Assembly (NCBI GenBank): GCA_013239625.1
Contig: MU053881.1
Coordinates: forward strand, 14,934,373-14,998,372
From: Lama guanicoe
Lineage: Eukaryota
DNA: 64,000 bases
Reading direction: 5' to 3'
Shown here: one piece after another, positions 55,912 through 64,000 of the stretch
Position numbering within the stretch: position 1 is the stretch's first letter
Layout of the letters: every line of letters starts with the position of its first letter
Notes under the pieces: generated by a model
Seen by the model: only the letters and a program-made list of their open reading frames with translations
Databases searched by the model: none
Told to the model about the DNA's origin: nothing
Position numbers and translations under genes: made by a program

Positions 55912-56330
55912 AGTGTCCTGATGCTATTGTAACAAATTACCACAACTGGGTGGCTTAAAACAAAGGAATTTACTCTCTCATAGTTCAAGAGGTAGAAGTC
56001 CAAGATCAAGGCACGGGCAGGGGTGGTTTCTTCTGGAGGCTCTGAGGGAGATTCTGTCCCAGGCCTCTCTCAGCTTCAGGGGGCTCCAGGAGCCCCTCGG
56101 CTTAAGGCTACATTGTTCCATCTCTGCCTCCATCTCCACACGGCCTTCCCTTCTGTGTCTGTGTCTGCACTCTCCCTCTCTTTTCTCTAATAATACCTGC
56201 CCCTGGAGTCACAGCCCATCCTAATCCAGAATCATCTCAACCTGAGATCCTTAATTACAGCTGCAAAGTAAGGTCACAGCCCCAGATTCCAAAACATATT
56301 TTTGAGGGGACACAATTTGCTCCAAGACAG
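55912..56330 (-). mobile_element. MLT1 (MaLR) LTR
   Basis: taacaaattaccacaactgggtggcttaaaacaaaggaatttactctctcatagttc...gaagtccaagatcaagg. Confidence 0.88.
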
Positions 56331-58099
56331 GCCCTTTGAGGGGTGACCAGTGCACTCCACTTTCTAGATGGGAAAACTGAGGCCCAGCAGGCAAGGGAAT
56401 TGCCCAGGGCCACACAGCTCAGAAGTGGCCAAGTAGGACATGGAGTCCACTTCTGGAACTTGACTCCTGCATAACCCCGTGGACCAGCAGGTGGCTGGGA
56501 CCGCAGAGTGTCAGAAAGGCCACATCACATGGTAGATGAGAGCACTCCTCTGGGAGTTCACAGTCACAGCATCAACCCAACCACGTCAGCTCTGCCAAGA
56601 AGGGGCCCAGCACAAGTCTCACTGTAAAAGGCCACTTCAGGCCCTGAAGTAGCCCTGGGCCCCTCATTTCCAGGCAGGGTCTCCCCCCCCCCAAAAACCT
56701 GACACAGCCTGTTCCAGGACCATACACCCCTGCACAAAGTCCTTTTTCCCTGTCCCCACCCCACATCCATTTCCCCGACAGAACCCTGTGTAAATGGGTG
56801 GCTTCTTCAACCTCCCCCAACCCCCTTGCTGGCAGGACCCCACAGAGATGGGGTTACCCAGTACAGCATGCCTTCCCAGCCTCTGTCCGTGCCCACGTTC
56901 CTGTTGAGCACATCCCCCTATCCAGACAGCATCCAAGGGGTTGGGAGGAGTGAAGGCCACAAGGTCAGGGAGTGGCCCTGGAAAGGCGTAGCACGGCAGA
57001 TGCAGTCACTTCTCCAGGGCAGCCCACAGTCCTCTAGGACCCTCCACAAGATGCAGCAACCCACCCCCACCTGCCAACCCCTCCCAGGCCTCGCTCTCTA
57101 GGAGCTGGCCTTAGTCAGGCCCATCAGCAATCATCATGGCAACTGGCCAGCCTTCTAATGAGATTAAGGGGAGGGGACGAGCTGAAGGCTGAGCTCTGTC
57201 CTGCAAAGCCAGAGCAGGCATGGGGGCCACACTACAGAGGGCCAGAGAGGAGCCAGGTACTCTGAGCAGAACTGTTTCCTGCTCTCACCATGAAGGTCTG
57301 CATTGTCTGGCCCTCTGCTCTCCCCCAGGCACTGCACTCCACCAGCTGAGGTAGCTGCCTCAGGGCCTTTGCACTGGCACTCCCTCCTCCAGAAGGCAGA
57401 ATCTTCCCACTGGGCCAGCCCAACACTGCACCTCCTCACCCCCACAGGATTACCTCCTCCATATCACTACCCAAAACCACCTGACCGAGGTCTATCTCCT
57501 CCCATCAGACTGTCTGCCCCACAAGGACCCTGGCACAATGGAGAAGCTTGGCACCCACGTAGGAACTGAGCGACCAGACAACAGAGGAACATGTGAACAC
57601 AGGAACAACTGCTCGGTGCACTCAGAATCCCAGGCAAGAACCATGTTTCTCCTGTGCCCACATGGAACTGCCCACTCCTACCTTTGGGGAAGCTGAGGCC
57701 CAAGGAAGAAGAGACAGCTCCCCAAGTGCACAGGCAAAGAATCACCCACGAGACGGAGGTGGAGAGCAAATCTCATCTTGAGTACATGATCCTTTTGGGA
57801 CCTGAGTGCTGACCAGGACCCCAAGGGATTCGCACAACCTGGCCCAAAGTCCTGCTCCTCAGGGCTCACCTAGGTGGAGTCCTCAGGAGGCTGCCAATGG
57901 CAATGGGGCCCTTGAATGGGCCACCTTTGGGGGTTGTCCCCTAGGAGGGAGGGGCTAGGGCTTCGTCAGGTTCTCTAAGTGTCCAGGCAGCTGCAGAAGC
58001 CCATAGAGGGAGCCCTGGAGAGCTCCTGAAAAGATCTGCAAGTCCCTCACCCGCCAACCCCTCCCAGGCCTCACTTTCTAGGAGCTAGCAACCATCACC

Positions 58100-59135
58100 C
58101 CAAAGGACCCAGTGCTCACTAGCAGTCCCTCCCCATTACCCTCACAGCTCCTGCGGCCACAAACCTGCTTTTTGTCTCTATGGATTTGCCTGTTCTGGAC
58201 ATTTCATATAAATGGAATCATATAATAAGTGGCCCTTTGTGTCTGGCTTCTTTCACTCAACCTGATGTTTTTAGAGTTCATCCACATCGTAGCATGTGTC
58301 AGGGCTTGGTTCCTTTTTATCGCTGAGTAATCTTCCATTGTATGGATGGACCATATTTTGTTTACCCATTCATCTATTGATGGACATGTCAATTCCCACC
58401 TTTTGGTGATGGTGACTGGTGCTGCTATGCACATACGTGGACAAGTAAATGCGTGAGTCCCTGTTTTCAAATCTCTCAGGTACATACCTACAAACGGAAC
58501 TGCTGGATCATATGGTAATTCCATATTTATCTTATTGAGGAGCTGCCAGACTGTTTTCCACAGCGACCACTCCATTTTACATTCCGACCAGCAGTGCATG
58601 AGGGTTTCAATTTCTCCACATCCTCATCAACACTTGTTAGCGTCTGTTGTTTTTTGATAGTAACCATCCTGACGGGGGCGAGGTGGTTTCTTACTGCGGT
58701 TCCGATCTGCATTCCACTGGTGACTAGAGATGTTGAGCAAGTTCTCATGTGCTTATTGGCCTTTTGCCTGTCTTCTGTGGAGAGATGTCTATTCAAGTCC
58801 TCTGCCTTTTTGAAAAATTGGGCTGCATGTCTTTTTCGTGTTGAGTTGTAAGAGTTCTTTAGATACTCTGGATCCTATTAATCCCTTATCAGCTTTGTGG
58901 TTTGCAAATATTTTCTATGGTCTTTTCATGTTCTTGACAGTCTTTTGATACACAGAAGTTTCTAATGTTGACAGGGTGCAATTAATCTATTTTTCTTTGC
59001 GTGTGCGTTTAGTGTCATAGCTAAAAATCCATCACCTAATCCAAGGCTGCGAAGATTTACACCTATGCTTCCTTCTAGGAATTTTTTAGATTGAGCTCTA
59101 ACATTCAGGTCTTTGGTATGTTTTTAATTAACTGT
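58100..59135 (-). mobile_element. Old L1 (L1M-type) ORF2 end and 3'UTR
   Basis: Decayed ORF2 peptides (HCWSECKMEWSLWKTVWQLLNKINMELPYDPAVP; NRHLSTEDRQKANKHM). Confidence 0.92.
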
Positions 59136-60024
59136 TATCAACTCTGTTGCTGCCCAGTTGCATCTCACCACTGGCCCCCATGCTGACTGAGGGCCCCACT
59201 ATGAGGAGAGGCAGGCTGCCCCCACCAAAGCGTGCCTGGTACACTGGAGTTTCTCATTACACATCTGCCGAGCACAGGAAGGAATAATGAATGAATTTGG
59301 GAATGAATGAAAGCGTCACAGGCATGTGGCCGAGCGCAGATTTCAGGCTTAGTCACCCCAGCCCCCGGCCCCCTGGCCGACTAAGACACTCCCCAGCTGC
59401 CTCCTCACTCGTTCCCAAAGTGTAAATACAGAACCAGATACACAAACACCGAGCATGCCTCGGAATGCCTTTAATCAGGCTCTGTGGCTGCTGCCAAATC
59501 CCCAACCCCGGCTGAATCAGAAGGTCCACTGTGAGCACGTTTTGTTTCCCCTGTTGGTGGCGGCTGCTGAGCACAGCCGTTCCGGCTGGGATGTAGGAAG
59601 GGTCCCTTGGGGTCTGAGTGAAGCACAGCTGGCTCGTGGGGCCTCTCTCCCCGAGAATGAGACTCCGGGCCTGGCCGCCAGCCGGGCGCCCACTCTAGGT
59701 GGGGCCTTGAAGCCGCCCTGGGAGGGGGAGACACGGGTTCATCTCTGTTTTACAAGTGGGGAAACTGAGGCCCTAGGGGATGATAGGCTTGCCCTGAGGT
59801 CACCTGGAAATGGGAAAGGGCCTCGGTTACAATCCAGACTTTTTCCCTAGCAGACCCCAACTCACCGGCGGCCCACGAGACCCTCCCCTGCCTTCTGCCC
59901 CGGGGTCCTTGCACCCACTTCTTTTCTGGAACCTTCCACGGTGCTCCTTCTCATCCTTTGGGTTTCAGCCCAAACATCACATCCTTGAGAAGCCTTCCCT
60001 GACCCCTTACTTCAAAAATAACCC

Positions 60025-60418
60025 TCTGAGTTAGCTCGGGCCATCGTAATGAAATACCACAGACTGGGTGGCTTAAACAGCAGGCGAGTATTTCTCACAG
60101 TTCAGGAGGCTGGAGTCGAGGTCAGGGTGCCGGAGTCGAGATCAGGGTGTCGGCGCTGTCTCTGGTGAGAGCCCTCTTGCTGGTCTACAGAAGGCTGCCT
60201 TACCCAATGTCCTCACATGGCCTTTCCTCGGGGTGGGCAAAATGAGAAATGTCTCTTTTCCTCTTGTAAGGACACCAGTCCTATCGGATCAGGAACCCAC
60301 CCTTACAACCTCATTTCATCTTAGTCACCTCTCGCAGGCCCCATCTCCACATACGGTCACACTGGAGGTTAGAGCCTCCACACAGGAATCCAGGGGACAC
60401 AATTCAGTCTGCAGCACC
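60025..60418 (-). mobile_element. MLT1 (MaLR) LTR
   Basis: aaataccacagactgggtggcttaaaca...tatttctcacagttc...taaggacaccagtcctatcggat. Confidence 0.88.
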
Positions 60419-60974
60419 CTCTCACGTTGAAGTAGCCAGCCCGTGTCTGTCTAGTGGGGGCCAGCATGCCCTGACAGCTGGGGCCCTACTTGCCCGGACA
60501 CTGTGGGCGCCTCAGGGACCAGCTCCCATCCTGAGGAAGTGACCATCGACAGTTGTATCTGGAATCAGGAAGCCCAAAACTGGTCCCACAGTCTGAGCCC
60601 TCCAGGTTAGCCTACCCTAACCCACAGCTAGCCAGGCCTAGGCAAAGCCCAGGGACCCCAGGATTCTCCTGGCAGGAGCCCTCAGGGTACAGGGTGGGGT
60701 GGCCTGTGAGGAGGGGCCTTCTCTGGGCCTGACCCAGAGTCAGTGAGGCAGGGCTGACCAGCAGTGCGCGCTGCCCCAGGGCTACTGGCAGCAGAGACAT
60801 GATAGGGGGAAAATCATGGTTGGCGTTTCCAGAAAATCAGCTGCCCAAATATAAAGCAATGTGCCTGTTCACCAGGGTCACGAGCTGGGGGCCGGGTGGG
60901 AGTACTTGCAAGGCAGCACGACAGAGCAGAAATAGCCCAGGGTGAATCAGCTCTGTTCCTGATTCCCACCCGGA

Positions 60975-61408
60975 GAGTGTCCCCCAAAGTACATACACAC
61001 CCGGAACCTCAGAATGTGGTCTTGTTTGAAAACAGTTTTCGCAGTTGTGATTAGTTAAAGCTCTTGAGGTGAGGTCATCCTGGCTTTAGGGAGATCCCTA
61101 AATCCAATGACTGGCATCCTTGTAAGAAGACAACACAGAGACAGACAGAGAGGAGGCCACATGGAGGTGGAGGCAGTGACTGGAGTGATGCAGCTCCAAC
61201 CAAGGAAACTCAAGGGTTAAAAGTAGCCACCAGAGCCTGGAGAGAAGCCTGGGATGGATTCCCCCTCGGAGCCTCCCGGAAGGATCCAACTCTGCCCACA
61301 CCTTGATCTCAGACTTCTAGTCTCCAGAACTATGAGGGGATAAATTTCTGTTGTCTTCAGCCTCCCAGTTTAAGGTATTTGGCTACAGCAGCCCCAGGAA
61401 ATTAACTG
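60975..61408 (+). mobile_element. MLT1 (MaLR) LTR
   Basis: acctcagaatgtg...ccctaaatccaatgactgg...cagacttctagtctccagaact...cagcagccccaggaaattaac. Confidence 0.88.
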
Positions 61409-62944
61409 CTGACGAGCAGACTCCATGGGGACTCAGAAAGAAGGCAGGGCCACTTAGAGTCAAGCTTGGGGACCCTGAGATTGTGTGGTTGGGGAAGGTC
61501 AATGATGAGAATCCTCCAGTCGATAGGCCAGTGTGAAGAATGAGGGAGTAAGGGTCCAGGGAGAGGGAACAGCAGGGGCAGAAGTGCAGGCCCAAGAAGA
61601 GAGGAAGGACAAGTCCAGGCCAGCTGATGGGCAGTCACTGTAGAGTAGGCGGGAGGGCAACACTGGTGCCCAGACTAGGACAGCACAGGGGGCAGTGAAT
61701 GTCCAGCTGGAGACCCAGGGGCTGGTGATACCACAGGGGACTCATCAGGTAGAGGGTCTCAGCACACTGGGGGCCACAGAAGGGCTCGCGCCTAAGACAT
61801 GCCACCCAGAAAGGTCCTGAAGGCATGCCTCCATGACCCCAGGCCAACCCCACCCCAAGGTCCTGGGGCTGCACTGGGTGGAGCAAAGGGGATGCAGGGT
61901 CTCTTGGGCACAGAGCTCGGTCCTGACTGCACACCTCCCTCTGGCCTGCATCTGGGCACCACATCCCAGGAGGCTGGGGCAGGAGCCAGGGAGCAGAGGC
62001 CTTAACAGTGTGACTGCCCCCAGCCCCCTGTAGCCACTGACTGCAGGGCTATAGCACATCACCATCTGGACCACAGGGGGCTGTGTGCAGCAGGCCAGGA
62101 GAGGCAGGAGGGGCCTCAAGTGAGAAGCAGGGGAGCCATGCTTTGCAGGTCCACATGCGGCCCAAAGGCCAAGTCCAGTGCTACCAGCAGGACTGACCAG
62201 AGACGCCACCCACCTGATCCGACATCTCGGAGTCCATGAGAAAGGAGGCCGAATGTCCCATGGGCATGAGATGGCCTGCCAGCCCAATCCTATTTGCCTG
62301 AGCACCAGGTTCCTGCAGCGAGGCCGAGCATCCCCTAGGCAGGCAGCCTAGCCCAGCACATGGGGAGGCCCTGTCTGAATGGCCCAGGGCACCTGGCTTC
62401 ACCTTTGATCTCTGGAAGCTCTCCCAGCCTCCACGGGGGCTGCTTGGCCTGAGCCCAGCAGGAGGCTCTGGGGGAGGTCCTGGGGCTGGGGAGCTCCAGG
62501 CCAGTGGGGCTTCCAAGAGTGAGGCAAACAGAATACAGTAAACTACGAAACAGATCAGGCTTGAAGCAGTTACTCGGAGCTGCTCGTGTATATTATGACT
62601 GCATTCTAGCATTACTTGATTTCTGGAGCTGAGATCTAGATCTCTGATATTTTTAAGTCCAAACCCCTTGGACACTGCAGCTCTTTCCGGGTTTTGCCTA
62701 TCCACAATTCATTCTGTGCAGCTAATTAAGCTGAACAAGCCTGGGAATAAAGTCTGGAACAAGGTTAATAAAGTTACTTGCCTAGCAAAAAAAAAAGGGG
62801 GGGGGGTGGTCAGGACAATGCACACTCCTGACCCCAGCAGCCTTGCTGGGTGGCAGGGCACAGCGGGAGCGGTGCTTTCGCGGGAGCAGGAACCCTGACC
62901 CCAGAGGCCCTCTAGGTCCACCCCCTTCTTGGGCACTATACAAG

Positions 62945-63465
62945 TGTCCTGGGGCTGCCACAAACTGGGTGGCTTAAAAAATAGGAATTTGAAGTGGGGG
63001 GTATAGATCAGTGGTAGAATGCATGCTTAGCATGCACGAGGTCCTAGGTTAAATCCTCAGTACCTCCATAAAAAAATTTTTTTAAAAAACCCACAGGAAT
63101 TTATTCCCTAACCGTTCTGGAGGCCAGAAGTCTGAAATCCAGGTGTGTGCAGGATCGGGCCCTCCTGGATTCTCTCGGGAGAATCTGCCCCAGGCCTTTC
63201 TCTTGGCTTCTGGTGGCTGCCGGCAGTCCACAGTGCTTCTGGGCTTGTAGACGTTACCCCTGATCTCTGCCTCCATCTTCACAGCCCTCTCCCTGTGTGA
63301 CTCTGTTTTCTCTTCCTGTCAGGACCCTGGTCACTGGATTTAGGGCCCACCCTATTCCTAGATGACCTCACGCTGACTTGGTGAGATCTGCAGAGACCCT
63401 GTTTTCAAATGAGGTCCCATTTGTAGGTTCTGGTTAAGCATGAATTTGGGGAGACTCTCTTCAAC
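62945..63465 (-). mobile_element. MLT1 (MaLR) LTR interrupted by a SINE
   Basis: cacaaactgggtggcttaaa...ttctggaggccagaagtctgaaatccaggtgt...ggatttagggcccaccct. Confidence 0.88.
62991..63094 (+). mobile_element. tRNA-Ala-derived SINE (Vic-1-like) nested in an MLT1 LTR
   Basis: GGGGGTATAGATCAGTGGTAGAATGCATGCTTAGCATGCACGAGGTCC...TACCTCCA plus A tail; flanking repeat AGGAATTT at 62983-62990 and 63095-63102. Confidence 0.88.
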
Positions 63466-64000
63466 CTTTCCCAGTCACCCAATCCTGTGTCACCTCGAGT
63501 CCCACACTAAGAACCGTCCCATGGTGGCAACACCTCAAAGCCCAAGTCCAAGCCGGCTCCAGCAGCCCCTGGGCCCCCAGGCAGTGCTATCCCCTCTGTT
63601 TCCTCCATGGTCGCAGCACACGTCAGCCACAGAGGAAATGACCCAGACCTGAGAGGCAGGTGGCGGCAGCATTTGCAGGGCCATTTGGCAGCATCCGTTG
63701 GGAACCTGAACAATGTTCCTGCCCTCTGACCTGTAATCCCACTTCTGGAAAGCTCTCCTGAGGGAGCTCGTCCAAAAGGCAGATTTATGCACAAAGATGT
63801 TCCTGCACCACCAATAAGCAGAGGAGGGAGCCTGAGCTGTGCTGCAGGGTCAGGCCAGGGCCTCGCCTCCGGAGAAGAGCAGAGGATGCGCTGGAGGTGG
63901 ACGGGGGAACCTGCCCTTTGTTGGGATTTCTGGAATGTCTCTGGTTGGTCCGTACAGGTACAAGTGAACCCAAGATAAGGCTGGGCCACCCCCTTTCCAG

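Noticed and set aside
60112..60153. 20-bp tandem duplication GGAGTCGAG(G/A)TCAGGGTG(C/T)C
   Set aside because: Local slippage inside a decayed MLT1 LTR; it has no spacers and is not CRISPR-like.
62631..62644. 14-bp perfect palindrome GAGATCTAGATCTC
   Set aside because: Palindromes of this size are expected a few times by chance in 64 kb, and there is no supporting context.
62996..63068. Apparent tRNA-Ala(AGC) gene (also at 6296-6370, 10878-10950 and 29487-29560)
   Set aside because: A-rich tails, TSDs and A/B-box or stem mismatches indicate SINE copies rather than functional tRNAs.
51793..64000. CRTC1 exon 1 (MATSNNPRKFSEKIAL-type CREB-binding domain)
   Set aside because: Not found on the minus strand, and there is no large CpG island; this region is intron 1 and exon 1 lies outside the window.

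Overview
This is mammalian genomic DNA, probably camelid, judging by four tRNA-Ala-derived Vic-1-like SINEs. Two convergent genes fill the window. COMP (+ strand) is complete: 19 coding exons from 12315 to 19654, all GT-AG introns, 2271 nt, 756 aa. CRTC1 (- strand) runs from exon 2 (51792) to its stop (25420), with an approximately 5.2 kb 3'UTR ending near 20180; exon 1 lies beyond the right edge. The rest is intronic or intergenic DNA with L1, L2, MIR, MLT1, MER21 and MER20 remnants. The most notable observations are: (1) a 34-bp tandem duplication at the start of the CRTC1 terminal exon that frameshifts the transactivation domain unless a cryptic AG is used (it could be an assembly artefact); (2) a U12-type AT-AC intron in CRTC1; (3) a U6/L1 chimeric retropseudogene; (4) COMP changes RGD->KGD and a type-3-repeat Gly->Arg; (5) miR-132 and miR-34 sites in the CRTC1 3'UTR. 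I found no convincing wholly novel system. Comparisons with human sequences and repeat consensus sequences are from memory, and repeat boundaries are approximate.
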